NCBI GenBank assembly: GCA_036676495.1
Contig: JAKFCT010000029.1
Location: forward strand, 32,001-96,000
From: Candidatus Sericytochromatia bacterium
GTDB lineage: Bacteria; Cyanobacteriota; Sericytochromatia; S15B-MN24; UBA4093
DNA length: 64,000 nt
Reading direction: 5' to 3'
The position numbers and the translations under genes are program-made. Every line of letters starts with the position of its first letter. The first letter of the stretch is position 1. This document shows, in pieces, positions 46,641 through 57,751 of the stretch. The notes beneath the pieces are model-generated. The model saw only the letters and a program-made list of their open reading frames with translations. It had not been told where the DNA came from and searched no databases.

Positions 46641-49600
46641 TCACCCGACCTCCGCCAAGGCCGTGGCGCCGAGGGCATCCAAGAGCCGATCCACAGCCCC
46701 AATCAAGTCCTGGCCGTCGCGGCCCAGGGTGAGCTCCCCTTCGGACCAGTTCCAGCGGGACAGTCCCGGCGTCTTCAAGCTGAGATCCGCCCAGCGCGTG
46801 CGGGGCAGGGAGGTGGAGACCCGGATGAGCTTGGCGTCGGAACGGACCGTGCTCACTCCCACCTCGGTGGCCTTCAGCTTCAGCGCGACCACCCGCAGGA
46901 GGTTCTTGACCGCCGGGGGGGGAGGCCCGAAGCGATCGCGCCAGTCGGCTCCGAGCATGTCCAGCTCCTTGAGGCTGGCGACCACGGCCAGGCGCTTGTA
47001 CTCGTCCATCTTGCGCGCGGGCTCCTCGAACCAGTCGTCGGGAAGGTAAGCCGCCACGTTGAGGTCGATCAAGGCCTCCTCCCGCGCCGTCACCACTTCT
47101 TCGCCCTGGGCCTCCTGCACCGCCTCTTCCAGGAGCTGCATGAAGGTCTCGTAGCCGACGGCCAGCATGTTGCCGCTCTGCTCGGGGCCGAGGATGTTGC
47201 CGACGCCACGGATTTCCATGTCGCGCAGGGCGATCTGGTAGCCGGAGCCGAGGGCCGTGAACTGCTGGAGGGCCTGAAGGCGGTCGCGGGCTTCCTCCGT
47301 GAGCTCCTTGCCCGCCCTGTAGAAGCAGTGGCAGTAGGCTTTCACGTCCGAGCGTCCCACCCGGCCGCGGATCTGGTAGAGCTGCGCCAGGCCCAGGCGG
47401 TCGGCGTCGTCCACGATGATGGTGTTGGCGTTGGGGATGTCCAGGCCCGACTCGATGATGGTGGTGGCCACCAGGACGTCGTACTCGCGGTCAAGGAAGC
47501 TGAGCATGACGTCTTCGAGCTCGTGTTCGTTCATCTGGCCATGGCCCACGACGACCTTGGCCTGGGGGACCAGCTCCTGAATCTCGGCGGCCACCCGGTG
47601 GATCGAGTCGATCCGGTTATGCAGGACGAAGGCCTGGCCGCCGCGCTCCAGCTCGTGCAGGACGGCCGTGCGCAAGATCTCGGGATCGTAGGGGCTGACG
47701 GTGGTCTTGACCGGCTGGCGATCGCGCGGAGGCGTCGTGATCAGGCTCATGTCGCGGGCGCCGGAGAGGGCCAGGTAAAGGGTGCGGGGGATGGGGGTGG
47801 CGCTCATGGTGAGCACGTCGATGCTGGTCTTGAGCTGCTTGAGGCGCTCCTTGTGCGCGACGCCGAAGCGGTGCTCCTCGTCGATGACGACCAGGCCGAG
47901 ATCCTTGAAGGCGACGTCCTTCTGCAGGAGGCGGTGCGTGCCCACCACGATGTCCACTCCGCCGGTCCCGAGGGCGCGGAGGGTCTCCTTCTGCTCCTTC
48001 GCCGTACGGAAGCGGCTCATGAGGCCCAGCTTCACGGGGTAAGGGGCGAAGCGTTCGCGCAGGACCTGGTAGTGCTGGTGGGCGAGCAGGGTGGTGGGGG
48101 CCAGGACGGCGACTTGCTTGCCGCTCATGACGGCCTTGAAGATGCCGCGCAGGGCGACCTCGGTCTTGCCGAAGCCGACGTCGCCGCAAATCAGGCGATC
48201 CATGGGACGCGGGGCCTCCATGTCGCGCTTGACCTCGGTGATGGCCCGGAGCTGGTCCGGGGTCTCGTCGTAGGGGAAGCCTTCCTCCATCTCGGCTTGC
48301 CAGACCGTGTCGGCGGGGTGGGCGAAGCCGGGCTGGGCGGCGCGCTGGGCGTAAAGCTTGAGCAGGTCGAAGGCGAGCTCCTGGACGGCCTTCTTGACGC
48401 GGCTCTTGACGTTGGCCCAGTCGGCACCGCCCATCTTGTTGATGCGCGGCGCGCCGTCGGCGCCGCCGCGGTAGCGGTGCAGGAGGCCGATCTGGTCGAC
48501 CGGGACGTAGAGCTTGTCGTCCCCGCGATAGGAGATGAGCAGGTACTCGCGGGCGAGGCCGTTGACCTCGAGGCGGCGCATGCCCTGGTACTGGCCGATG
48601 CCGTGCTTGGCATGGACGACGTGGTCGCCGACGACGAGCTCTCCGATGGTGGCGATCTGGGCTCCGGCGTGCGTCGGCCGCTTTTCCTTGCGGCCGGGAC
48701 GTTTCTGCCAGCCGAAGAGCTCGTGATCGGTCAGGAGGGTGATGCCGAGGTCGGGCCAGGAGAAGCCGGCGCTGAGGCTCTCGCGGACGATCCAGGTGCC
48801 TCCGTAGGGAGCTCCGGGTTCGGGGAGGCGGCCGCCGTAGGTGGCATGGGCGCCGCGCTCGTCGAGGATGGCGAAGACGCGCTGGGGCTGGACGCTCGCG
48901 ATGACGAGGGTCTCTCCGGCCTTGGCGGCGGCCTTCACCGAGTCGGCCAGGCGGTCGAACTGGTTGCCGAAGGAAAGCGGTGCCGAGGTCTGAAGGGCGA
49001 TCGTCCCGTCGTTGGGGGTGAGGTCCAGCTGCGCGTAGGGGGCGAGGGTGTTCTGCAGTTCGTCCCAGGTGAGGTGGAGCAACTGGGGCAGCTTCGGCAT
49101 GTCGTTGGCGTTGAGGCGCTTGGAGTAGGTGTCTCCGAGCAGCTTGTTCCAGGAGGCGTACTCGCTGGCGAGGGCCTGTTTGTCGGCCCAGATGACGGGA
49201 TACTGGGTCGGGACGTAGTCGAGGAGGGTGCCGAGCCTGCCGAAGAAGGGGGCGTAAAGCTCGCAGCCTTCGAAGTACTGGAAGGAGCCGAGCTGGTCGA
49301 GGGCGGCGTCGACGATCCGCTTGAGCTTGTTGGCCTCTTCGGGGCGGCCGCCGCCGTTGAGCATGTTGACCTTCTCGCGCGTGGCGGCCTTGATGCGCGC
49401 GGCGGCCTCCTCCCAGCCCTCGGCGGGGAGGATCAGCTCACGGGTGGGCCAGAGGCGCAGCGCGTCGAGTTGTTCTTCGGAGCGCTGGGTGGCGGGGTCG
49501 AAGACGCGGATGGCGTCGATCTCGTCGCCGAAGAACTCGATGCGGGCGGGACGATCGCTCTGGGGGGGGAAGACGTCGAGGATGCCGCCGCGGCGGGAAA

Positions 49601-50105
49601 ATTCCCCTTTGTCGGCGACGGCGGGGCTGGGGCGGTAGCCGAGCTTGACGAGCTGCTGGGTGAGGGCGGCGGGGGCGAGGGTGTCGCCGACCGAGAGGGT
49701 GAGGGCAGCGTCCTTCCAGGCCTCGGGGGTGGGGAGGCGCATGGCGATCGCCTTGGGGGTGGTGATGACGCGCTTGGCTTCACCGGAGACCATGGCCGCG
49801 AGGGCGCGCTGGCGCGCATGCAGCAGCTCCTCCTCGGGGGAGACGCCCTGGTAGGGGGGGACCTCGACGGGGAGGAAGGTGACGGCGTCGACTCCGAAGG
49901 CGGCGAGATCGGATTGCCAGCGGCGGGCGGCGTCGGCGCTGGGGGCCACCAGCAGCCAGCCGTCAGCGGGAAGGCCGCCGGCCACGAAGAGGGAGGCCAT
50001 GGGGGTGAGGCCGCCGACCGAGACGGTCTTTCCGGGGGTGAGGGCGTCGGTGAGCCGCGCCGCGTCGGGATGGGCGAGGAGGTGGGCGAAGAGATCCGAA
50101 AGCAT
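46641..50105 (-). CDS. mfd: Transcription-repair coupling factor
   Basis: RGGILDVFP, CarD/RID region (HGIGQY), [40 protein letters not shown] domain. Start may be 50111 or 50126. Confidence 0.97.
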   Translation of the reverse strand: MLSDLFAHLLAHPDAARLTDALTPGKTVSVGGLTPMASLFVAGGLPADGWLLVAPSADAARRWQSDLAAFGVDAVTFLPVEVPPYQGVSPEEELLHARQRALAAMVSGEAKRVITTPKAIAMRLPTPEAWKDAALTLSVGDTLAPAALTQQLVKLGYRPSPAVADKGEFSRRGGILDVFPPQSDRPARIEFFGDEIDAIRVFDPATQRSEEQLDALRLWPTRELILPAEGWEEAAARIKAATREKVNMLNGGGRPEEANKLKRIVDAALDQLGSFQYFEGCELYAPFFGRLGTLLDYVPTQYPVIWADKQALASEYASWNKLLGDTYSKRLNANDMPKLPQLLHLTWDELQNTLAPYAQLDLTPNDGTIALQTSAPLSFGNQFDRLADSVKAAAKAGETLVIASVQPQRVFAILDERGAHATYGGRLPEPGAPYGGTWIVRESLSAGFSWPDLGITLLTDHELFGWQKRPGRKEKRPTHAGAQIATIGELVVGDHVVHAKHGIGQYQGMRRLEVNGLAREYLLISYRGDDKLYVPVDQIGLLHRYRGGADGAPRINKMGGADWANVKSRVKKAVQELAFDLLKLYAQRAAQPGFAHPADTVWQAEMEEGFPYDETPDQLRAITEVKRDMEAPRPMDRLICGDVGFGKTEVALRGIFKAVMSGKQVAVLAPTTLLAHQHYQVLRERFAPYPVKLGLMSRFRTAKEQKETLRALGTGGVDIVVGTHRLLQKDVAFKDLGLVVIDEEHRFGVAHKERLKQLKTSIDVLTMSATPIPRTLYLALSGARDMSLITTPPRDRQPVKTTVSPYDPEILRTAVLHELERGGQAFVLHNRIDSIHRVAAEIQELVPQAKVVVGHGQMNEHELEDVMLSFLDREYDVLVATTIIESGLDIPNANTIIVDDADRLGLAQLYQIRGRVGRSDVKAYCHCFYRAGKELTEEARDRLQALQQFTALGSGYQIALRDMEIRGVGNILGPEQSGNMLAVGYETFMQLLEEAVQEAQGEEVVTAREEALIDLNVAAYLPDDWFEEPARKMDEYKRLAVVASLKELDMLGADWRDRFGPPPPAVKNLLRVVALKLKATEVGVSTVRSDAKLIRVSTSLPRTRWADLSLKTPGLSRWNWSEGELTLGRDGQDLIGAVDRLLDALGATALAEVG

Positions 50106-50201
50106 GCTCAAGGGGCGTCGATCCATTTTCCAAGAGAATCCGGGCAAAGTGCCAGTTTACCACAGGGGAAAGCGGGGCGCGACGCGCGTCCCGCCGCGGG
50201 C

Positions 50202-51410
50202 TCAGTCCTGGGGGGGATGGGCGCCGAGGGCTCCGAGGGCCTTGGCGATGCGTTCGCGCAGCAGGGGTTCGCGTTCGGCCTGGCGGAAGGCGATCTCGAA
50301 TTCGCGGATGGCTCCGGAGGTGTCTCCGAGGCGCTGGTAGAGGCTGGCGATGCGGAAGTGGAGGTCGGGATCCTCGTAGCCGAGGACGGCGGCGCGCTCG
50401 TACTGGGTGAGGGCCTCGGAGAGGGTGCCGCGTTCCTGCAGGAGGGCGCCGAGCTGGATGAGGGCGGCGCGGTGGCGGGGGTTGAGGCCCAGGGCCTTGC
50501 GGTAGGCGGCGAGGGCTTGATCGGGATCCCGCCGGATCTGGTGGAGCATGCCGAGGCGGTAGGGGAGGTCGGCGTTGGCGGGTTCGAGGGGCATGGCGCG
50601 GCGGTAGTAGCCGATGGCCTCGTCGTAGCGTTCGTCCTTGACGTAGCAGTCGGCCAGGAGGGTGAGGGCGGTGGGGTTGGCGGGGTCGAGGCGGGAGGCT
50701 TCCTTGAGGTTTCGCTCGGCGGCGGGGAGGTTGCCGCGTTTGAGGAGGAGGCTGCCGAGGAGCAGGTAGGCGTGGGCGCTGCTTTCCTTGGCCACGAGCG
50801 CTTCATAGGTGGCCTGGGCTTCGGCGAGGTTGGCGTTTTCCTCGTAGAGGCGGCCGAGCCGCTTGAGGGCGGCGGGGTCGGGGAGGGGTTTGAGGAGGGC
50901 GATGGCGGCGGGGAGGTCTCCGCGGTCCTCGAGGTGCATGGCGCGCTGGAGGGGGTCGCGGGTGGACTGCCAGAGCCACCAGGCGAAGCCGCCTCCGGCG
51001 ACGAGCATGACGGCGAGGAGGATCAGGGCGAGGGTCTTGGGGGGGAGGGGGGGGCGGTGCTTGGGGGGGAACTTGGGTTTGCCGATGGGTTTCTTGCAGC
51101 GGCCGCAGCGGGCGACGAGGAGGCCGGTTTCGGAGCGGACGCGGTTGTAGGTGCCGCACTGGGAGCAGACGGCGACGATGAGGGAGGGCCCGGTGGGGGC
51201 GTGGGGGTTGCGTTGGCGGTCGTAGGCGTCGCGGAGGGCGGGGTCGGAGAGGACGCGATAGGCTTCGGTGAGCAGTTGGGTTTGCTCGGAGTTCCCCCCC
51301 TTGTCGGGGTGGGTGCCGGCCAGTAGTAGGGTCCGGTAGGCCTTCTTGATGATGAGGGGGCTGGCCTTGGGGTGGACCTGCAGGACCTCGTAGTAGTCTG
51401 GCTCGGACAT
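50202..51410 (-). CDS. DnaJ-domain / Zn-ribbon / TM / TPR protein
   Basis: DYYEVL...HPD J domain; CSQC..CGRC; one TM helix; multiple TPRs. Confidence 0.85.
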   Translation of the reverse strand: MSEPDYYEVLQVHPKASPLIIKKAYRTLLLAGTHPDKGGNSEQTQLLTEAYRVLSDPALRDAYDRQRNPHAPTGPSLIVAVCSQCGTYNRVRSETGLLVARCGRCKKPIGKPKFPPKHRPPLPPKTLALILLAVMLVAGGGFAWWLWQSTRDPLQRAMHLEDRGDLPAAIALLKPLPDPAALKRLGRLYEENANLAEAQATYEALVAKESSAHAYLLLGSLLLKRGNLPAAERNLKEASRLDPANPTALTLLADCYVKDERYDEAIGYYRRAMPLEPANADLPYRLGMLHQIRRDPDQALAAYRKALGLNPRHRAALIQLGALLQERGTLSEALTQYERAAVLGYEDPDLHFRIASLYQRLGDTSGAIREFEIAFRQAEREPLLRERIAKALGALGAHPPQD

Positions 51411-51663
51411 GAATCCTTAGCTTAGCTTGGCGGGGGGACAGCCGCTCCAGTATACCCGCTAGGCGTTAAGCTTTCACGCTTGTCTGGCGAGAGGCGGGCA
51501 TCTTCCGGGAAAGGGGCGGCAGGGGCGCGGTTCTCGCGGCAAAACCCCTAGGGCATTTCGTCGTGATTGGCCATGCCTCCCGGGGGCGGCTCCTCCTAGG
51601 ATGGGGGGGATTGGGGGTTGCGGCAGGCCTTTCGCGGCCGGAACTCGAAGGAGGGTGCAACGG

Positions 51664-52071
51664 ATGGAATCGACGCCCCGTCCCATCACGGGATACCCGT
51701 CCCAGCGGCTCGCGCTTCCCTTGGCGACGCTGGGGAAGGGGTTGCAGCGGCTCTTGCGGCCCGCGCGGCTGGCAGTGGTCATGGTGCAGGCGCAAGGCGA
51801 GCAGGCGATCGTCGAGGTGCATGGGGCCCTGGACGTTCGGGGGTCCGAGCGGCTGAAGCGGGCGGTCGCCCTGGCGTTCGAGGAAGGGTCGAGCCAGGTG
51901 ACGATCGAGCTGTCGAAGGCGACGCGGGTCACTCCGGCGGGGGTGGCGGCGTTGGTGGAGGCGAGCGAGCGAGCGGGCGCGGGCGCGGTCCAGCTGGCGG
52001 GGTTGAGTCCGGAGTTCCGCTGGCTCTTGGAGAAGGCGGGCTTGCACATGGTGCTCGAGATCATGGAGTAG
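51664..52071 (+). CDS. STAS-domain (anti-anti-sigma-like) protein
   Basis: VEVHGALD...VTIELSKATRVTPAGVAALV...LAGLSP..RWLLEKAGL; AAGGAGG RBS. Confidence 0.75.
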   Translation: MESTPRPITGYPSQRLALPLATLGKGLQRLLRPARLAVVMVQAQGEQAIVEVHGALDVRGSERLKRAVALAFEEGSSQVTIELSKATRVTPAGVAALVEASERAGAGAVQLAGLSPEFRWLLEKAGLHMVLEIME

Positions 52072-52074
52072 CCG

Positions 52075-53577
52075 ATGAAGGCGATCATTCTGGCGGCCTC
52101 GCCGGGGGGGGCGACGGAGGGCTTCGGCTTCCAGCTCCACGAGGCGCTCTGGCCCTTGCTGGGGCGGCCGTTGATTGATTTGCAGCTGGAGGCCCTGGGC
52201 GAGCTGGGGGCGCGGGAGGTCTGGGTGAGCCTGCGGCATCGGCCGTTCGGGCTGGATCGGCACCTGCAGGGGCGGCATGCGCCTCCGCTGACGGTCGTGC
52301 GCTTGGAGCGGCAGGATCGGGGGCTATTGGGGACGCTCTCGCGGGCGCGCCGCTTCCTGACGGAGACCACCTTGCTCTTGCCGGCGGACATGGTGCCTCC
52401 TGCGGAGCTGGGGGCCTTCCTGGCGGATCACCTGGCCTCGGAGGCCTGGCTGAGCGAGATTCTCGATCCGGCGGGGAACGCCTGCTACCTGGTGGAGCCG
52501 GCGCTCCTGGCGTTGCTGGGGACGGAAGGAGAGCTTTGCCCGGAGGTGCTGGCGGCGGCGGGGCATCCCGTGCGGAGCGTGCTTCACCCGGGCCTGGCCC
52601 GGCTGGGGACGCCGGGGGGCCTTCTTGCGGCGCATGCCCAGGCGTTGCAGCGGGGCTACGTGGATGCGACGGCGAAGGTGCATCCGGCCGCGCGGGTGGC
52701 CGAGCGGGTTTGGATCGGGCCGGGCTGCCGCGTGGAGCGCGAGGCCAAGCTTTCAGAGGGCACGGTCCTCATGGAAGGGGTGCGGGTGGAGCGGGGGGCG
52801 ACGCTCTCCGGGGTCGTGGTGCTGCCGCATGTGCGGGTCGGCAAGGCTTCGAGCTTCCAGCAGGCGATCCTGACTCCCGAGGGGAGTTTCACGGCCGGGG
52901 GCTTCACGCCGGAGCCGGACGCGGAGGTGCTGGGATCGGCGCGGCAGGCGAGCTGGGGGGAGCGCGGGCATCAGGGGCTGGACATGGTGCTGGCGGGCCT
53001 GGCGCTCCTGGTGCTGGCACCGCTGCTGCTCGTCCTGGCCGTGATCATCCGGCTGGACTCACCGGGGCCGATCTTCTACTCGCAGCTGCGGGTGGGGCAG
53101 GATCGGCGCGGCAAGCTGCGCGGCCGGGTCTTCGAGCTTTACAAGTTCCGGACCATGCACGTGGACGCGGACGCGCGGCTGGCGGAGCTGAAGGCCCAGA
53201 ACGCGTACGGATCGGGGCCGTTCTTCAAGCTGGAGCATGATCCGCGGATCACGCGGGCGGGGGCGTTCCTGCGCAAGACCAGCCTGGACGAGCTGCCGCA
53301 ACTCTTGAACGTCCTGCGGGGGGATATGCGGTTGGTGGGGAACCGGCCGTTGCCGGTCTACGAGGCGGCGGAGCTGGCCGAGGAGTGGCAGCGCATGCGC
53401 TTCAACTGTCCGGCAGGGATCACGGGGCTCTGGCAGATCAGCGGGAGATCGGATCTGAGCGAGCACGAGCGCATGGTGCTGGACACGGTTTACGCGGTGA
53501 CGCGGAATTTCTGGACGGACTGGCTCATCTTGCTCAAGACCTTGCCGGCGCTGCTGTTGCGGAGGGGGGCACGCTAG
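52075..53577 (+). CDS. Priming sugar transferase fused to degenerate nucleotidyltransferase and left-handed beta-helix domains
   Basis: MKAIILAA...PLLGRPLI; hexapeptide region; [45 protein letters not shown]. Confidence 0.9.
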   Translation: MKAIILAASPGGATEGFGFQLHEALWPLLGRPLIDLQLEALGELGAREVWVSLRHRPFGLDRHLQGRHAPPLTVVRLERQDRGLLGTLSRARRFLTETTLLLPADMVPPAELGAFLADHLASEAWLSEILDPAGNACYLVEPALLALLGTEGELCPEVLAAAGHPVRSVLHPGLARLGTPGGLLAAHAQALQRGYVDATAKVHPAARVAERVWIGPGCRVEREAKLSEGTVLMEGVRVERGATLSGVVVLPHVRVGKASSFQQAILTPEGSFTAGGFTPEPDAEVLGSARQASWGERGHQGLDMVLAGLALLVLAPLLLVLAVIIRLDSPGPIFYSQLRVGQDRRGKLRGRVFELYKFRTMHVDADARLAELKAQNAYGSGPFFKLEHDPRITRAGAFLRKTSLDELPQLLNVLRGDMRLVGNRPLPVYEAAELAEEWQRMRFNCPAGITGLWQISGRSDLSEHERMVLDTVYAVTRNFWTDWLILLKTLPALLLRRGAR

Positions 53578-53610
53578 CTCTGGGAAACGTCGGGTGAAGA
53601 AGGAGGAAGC

Positions 53611-54381
53611 ATGATCCGCAAGACGCTGATGGCGCTGGCCCTGGGTTTCCCTTTGCTCGGCGCCCCGATGCTCAGTGCAGAGGCCTGGGCGGCAGAGCGG
53701 GTGATCATTCCCACGCCGCCGGCGAACCTGTCGCTGGAGGAGGCGCTGGCGCGGGCGATGCGCGAGAGTCCCGAGGTGAAGGTGGCCGAGTCGGAGCTGG
53801 CGCGGGCGCAGGCCGAGGCAGGCAGCCAGGCACTTTGGCCGCTGCGCTCATTGACGGCGAACGTCTCGATCGTGCGCCAGCTGGACGGCTCGGGGCTGGG
53901 GCTGGCTCCGGGGCAGACTCCCGGGGCGATCGGCTTCGGGGGGCCGACGGCGGGGGCGTATCTCAACCTGAACGTCGGGGAGCTGATCGGCGGGGCGTTC
54001 ATGATGCGGGCGGCCCATGCCCGGATGGTGACGGCCGAGGAGAATTTGCGGCTGGTCAAGCTGCAGGTGGCGACCGGGGTGACGGAGGCCTACGCGGCGT
54101 GGAGCGCCCAGAAGAAGCTCATGGCGCTGCGCCAGGAAGCGATCAAGGCTTCCCAAAGCGACGTGGTGGTGCTGGAGCGGCTCTTCGGGCGCGGGGGGGC
54201 GAACATCAACGACCTCCTGAAGGCCCGGCTGGCAGTCAGCCAGTCCCAGGTGGATCTGCTGACGGCCGAGGGGGAGTACAACCGGGCCTGGACGACCTTG
54301 CTGCAACGCATGGGCCAGTCGGCCTGGCTGGAGCCCCAACGCCAGGCGCCTACGGGAACCGTGAAAAAAGGAGCGCGCTAA
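53611..54381 (+). CDS. Short TolC-family outer-membrane efflux protein
   Basis: Signal peptide; LSLEEALARA; a single OEP-like repeat of amphipathic helices. Confidence 0.75.
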   Translation: MIRKTLMALALGFPLLGAPMLSAEAWAAERVIIPTPPANLSLEEALARAMRESPEVKVAESELARAQAEAGSQALWPLRSLTANVSIVRQLDGSGLGLAPGQTPGAIGFGGPTAGAYLNLNVGELIGGAFMMRAAHARMVTAEENLRLVKLQVATGVTEAYAAWSAQKKLMALRQEAIKASQSDVVVLERLFGRGGANINDLLKARLAVSQSQVDLLTAEGEYNRAWTTLLQRMGQSAWLEPQRQAPTGTVKKGAR

Positions 54382-54384
54382 CTC

Positions 54385-56073
54385 ATGAAGCAGCCTGAAA
54401 AGCGGGCTCTTGAGCGTTTCGAGGCCCACCTTCCCCTCTTGAAGCACCTGGTGGCCCGGGCCCTGGCAACCGGCGGGGGCACCGCGCGTTCCCTGGTCTA
54501 CGCGGGAGCCCATGGGTTGTGGCAAGCGGCCGTGGACTTCGGGGACGGAGCGTTCGGGGAGGCCGCCGAGGTGGCGGTGACGAGCGCGTTGCTCGATCAC
54601 TTGCACTTCGGGACCGCCAAGCCGCTGCCGGAAGCGCTCTCGGGCCTGACTCCGAAGCTGGACGCGATGGCCGCGCAACTGCAGGCCGAGCAACCTCCCC
54701 AGGCGCTGGCGACCTACGGGGCCCTCATGCGGCGCCCCAACACGTTGCCGATGCCCGAAGAGGAGTTCCCGGTCCTGGTCAACGGGTCCGAGGGGGCCTT
54801 GCTGTCGGCGATCGCCAACCTCTTCCGGCGCCACTGGCCCTTGATGGTGGCGATCGCCCTGGTCACGGAGGTCGCCGTCTTCGCGATGGTCAAGACCGCC
54901 CCCAAGACCTACAAGGCCGAAACCACGGTCAACACCGGGATCGCCTCGGGGATCTCGGCCACCGGCGCGCCGATCGACTGGTTCAAGGCCGGCGCCCTCA
55001 TGGGCAACCTCACGGAGATCCTGCTGAGCCGGGCGGTGCTCGACCGAACGCTCAAGGCGATGAACTGGGATCTCCCGGCCGAGAAGCTGGCCAAGCGCCT
55101 CGAGGTCGAGCGGGTGAACCAGACCGACCTCCTGAAGATCTCGGCCACGGCCCTCTCGGCCGAAGAGGCGAGCGAACTCGCGAACGTCCACGTGCGGGAG
55201 TTCATGGCTTACTACTCCGGCATGACGGGCCGAGATGCCGGCAAGACCAACCAGTTCATCTCCGAGCAGGCCCAAGAAGCCGAGAGCCGCTTGCGCACGG
55301 CCGAGGAGCGGCTGCGCCGCTTCAAGGCGGAGGCCTTGCCGGAAGCCCAGCTCGCGCTTTCCGAGCAGCTGGCGGATACGCGGCGGCTGCGCGACGAGAC
55401 CCAGCAGCTGATCGCCGCCGCCCAGTCGGGCCTCAGCATGGTGGAGTCCGAGTTGAAGCGCCTGAAGGCCGATCCGGGGCTGGCCGCGACCGTCATGATG
55501 AGCCCGGAGGTGGACGCGGCCGGCGAACGGCTGAAGTCCCTTAAAGAAAACCTGGCGGACGCCCGCAGCGTCCTGGGCTCGAACCATCCCTCGGTCAAGG
55601 AGCTGGAGGCCCAGATTGCCAAGGCCTCGGGCCAGTTGAACGTCACGACCCGCCGGGTGGCGGGAGGCGAGGAGGGCATGGCCGACGTGATCGCCCGACG
55701 GATTGCCCTGAAGGTGGAGCTCGCCCAGAACCAGGCCAAGCTCGCGGCGATCGACAGCACCTTGCGGGAGCTCGAGCCCAAGGTGAAGTCGGCGTCCTCG
55801 GAGCAGGTGACCCTCGCGCAGCTGCAGCGGGAAGTCGAGATCGCGGCCGCGGACTACCAGCGCCTGAGTCAGCGCGCCGGGGAGACCCGGGTGGCGGCCT
55901 CGGGGGCGGCGACCCTGCCCTTGACCATCATCGACCCGGCCATTCCTCCCAGCCGCCCCGAGAGCCAGAAGCTTCCGGTCAAATTGGCCCTGGGCCTCAT
56001 CGTGAGCCTGCTCTTCGGGGGAGTGATCGGCTACCTCCTCGAATTGCGGAGGAAGCCCGAGCCCGAGGTGTAA
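54385..56073 (+). CDS. GumC/Wzc-type polysaccharide co-polymerase with N-terminal sigma-70 region-2-like domain, no kinase domain
   Basis: TM1 then PKTYKAET, long coiled coil (NHPSV), IIDPA.PP..P and TM2. Residues ~10-75 resemble FliA-type region 2. Confidence 0.8.
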   Translation: MKQPEKRALERFEAHLPLLKHLVARALATGGGTARSLVYAGAHGLWQAAVDFGDGAFGEAAEVAVTSALLDHLHFGTAKPLPEALSGLTPKLDAMAAQLQAEQPPQALATYGALMRRPNTLPMPEEEFPVLVNGSEGALLSAIANLFRRHWPLMVAIALVTEVAVFAMVKTAPKTYKAETTVNTGIASGISATGAPIDWFKAGALMGNLTEILLSRAVLDRTLKAMNWDLPAEKLAKRLEVERVNQTDLLKISATALSAEEASELANVHVREFMAYYSGMTGRDAGKTNQFISEQAQEAESRLRTAEERLRRFKAEALPEAQLALSEQLADTRRLRDETQQLIAAAQSGLSMVESELKRLKADPGLAATVMMSPEVDAAGERLKSLKENLADARSVLGSNHPSVKELEAQIAKASGQLNVTTRRVAGGEEGMADVIARRIALKVELAQNQAKLAAIDSTLRELEPKVKSASSEQVTLAQLQREVEIAAADYQRLSQRAGETRVAASGAATLPLTIIDPAIPPSRPESQKLPVKLALGLIVSLLFGGVIGYLLELRRKPEPEV

Positions 56074-56074
56074 G

Positions 56075-57751
56075 ATGGCCCTGCGCGCGCGCGGTTCCGA
56101 TCTCGGCCCCCAGGGGGGCGGCCCCCCGGGGGGCGGACCCCAGCGGGGCGGAGCCCGGGGCGATCGTCAGCGGCCCTTCGGGTTTCAGCCGGACTGGCTG
56201 AAGCCGCTGCTGCTACCGCTCCTCTGGGCCCTGCCCTTCCTCCTGGCGGTCGCCCACGCGGTGGCCGACTTCCAGCGCCTGCAGATCGTGCTGCTCGCGG
56301 TGGCGCCCCTGGCCCTGGTGGTCTTCCTCAACATCGAGTTCGGCCTCTACACGGTCCTGGGCTACGCCACCGTCGTGATCTTCATCAAGCGCCTGATGCC
56401 CAACCTGGACTCCAACCAGATGGGCGTCGTCCTGGACGGGCTCATCTGCCTGATGGCCCTGCGGCTCGCGCTCGACCTCCTGCGGACGAAGCGCTGGGGA
56501 GCGTTCAAGTCTCCCTTGACCCTGCCGGTCATCGCGCTGGCCGGCTACCTGCTCTTGCAGGTCTTCAACCCCTCGGCGCCGGGCCTCAAGTTCGGCATCT
56601 ACGGCAGCCGGGATACCCTGCGCTTCCTGGGCTTCTTCCTGGTGCTTTTCTACATGCGCGCGACCCCCAAGATCAAGCGCTTCATGCAGGTCTTCCTCTT
56701 CCTGATGGTGGGGGATGCCCTCTACGGGATCTGGCAGCACCACCACGGCCTGCTCTACCAGGAGCACCAGTGGCTGCTCGAGTCCAAGGCCTACCGGACC
56801 CACGTCCTGAAGGGCTACGTGCGGGTCTTCGGGACGGTCGGGGACGCGGCCACCTTCGGCTTCATCAACATCACCGCGGCCCTGCTCCTGATCGGCCTCG
56901 CCCTGACCTCCAAGGGCTGGAAGCTCTGGGCCTTGCTGGGCCTGACCATGCCGTGCCTGTACGCGATGGTGCTTTCGTACTCGCGCGGCCCCATGGTGGC
57001 CGTGGTGGCGGGCGTGGGCGTGATGCTGCTGGTGAGCCGGAACTGGAAGCTCGCCATGGCCTGCGTGGTGGCCGGGGGGCTCGGGCTGGGCGCCCTGGCC
57101 CTCAACGGCGACACGCGGCTCTTCGACCGCCTCATGACGGCGACCAACCCGGTGGAGGACGCCTCCTTCCAGGTGCGCATGGGCTACATCGACACGTACA
57201 TGCCGCTCATCTTCGAGCGCCCCTTCGGCGGAGGGCTCTACACGGCAGGCGCCTCGGGGCTGTCCATCACCGGCGGCGAGCCCATCCCGGGCACCACCAT
57301 CGGAGTGCCCACCGATAACCTCTACTTCAAGTACGGCCTGGAGCTGGGCTGGGTGGGGCTCGCGATCTTCTTCTGGTTCCTGGCCTCCATCTGGGTGGTG
57401 ACGCTGCGCAGCTACTTCGCGCTAAAAGATCCGTTCCTCAAGGCGACCGCGCTGGGCCTGCTGGGCGTCTTCAGCTGCTACATCGTGGGCGCCTTCTCCA
57501 ACGACATCCTGGTCCAGAAGCCGCTCACCGAGTTCTTCTACATGGCCGTCGGGCTCTCGGCGCTCCTGAGCCAGCACCGGGACGCCGTGTCGGCGTCGCC
57601 GGCCCGCGCTTTGCCTTCGGGCCCGAGGCCCATGGGGCTCTTGGAGCCAGGCCCCTCGACCACTTCCGGGAACGGACCCCAAAGGGGCGGACCCCAGCCG
57701 GACGGGTCCCCGCGGACGGGCCGCCGGGACAAGAAGGGAAGACCGGGATGA
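56075..57751 (+). CDS. O-antigen ligase / Wzy polymerase family protein
   Basis: About 12 TM helices; RVFGT, SYSRG, TDNLY...ELGWVG motifs. Confidence 0.85.
   Translation: MALRARGSDLGPQGGGPPGGGPQRGGARGDRQRPFGFQPDWLKPLLLPLLWALPFLLAVAHAVADFQRLQIVLLAVAPLALVVFLNIEFGLYTVLGYATVVIFIKRLMPNLDSNQMGVVLDGLICLMALRLALDLLRTKRWGAFKSPLTLPVIALAGYLLLQVFNPSAPGLKFGIYGSRDTLRFLGFFLVLFYMRATPKIKRFMQVFLFLMVGDALYGIWQHHHGLLYQEHQWLLESKAYRTHVLKGYVRVFGTVGDAATFGFINITAALLLIGLALTSKGWKLWALLGLTMPCLYAMVLSYSRGPMVAVVAGVGVMLLVSRNWKLAMACVVAGGLGLGALALNGDTRLFDRLMTATNPVEDASFQVRMGYIDTYMPLIFERPFGGGLYTAGASGLSITGGEPIPGTTIGVPTDNLYFKYGLELGWVGLAIFFWFLASIWVVTLRSYFALKDPFLKATALGLLGVFSCYIVGAFSNDILVQKPLTEFFYMAVGLSALLSQHRDAVSASPARALPSGPRPMGLLEPGPSTTSGNGPQRGGPQPDGSPRTGRRDKKGRPG

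Noticed and set aside
46404-51326. 1640-aa plus-strand ORF
   Set aside because: Antisense shadow of mfd and the DnaJ-TPR gene, caused by high GC3; no recognisable motifs.
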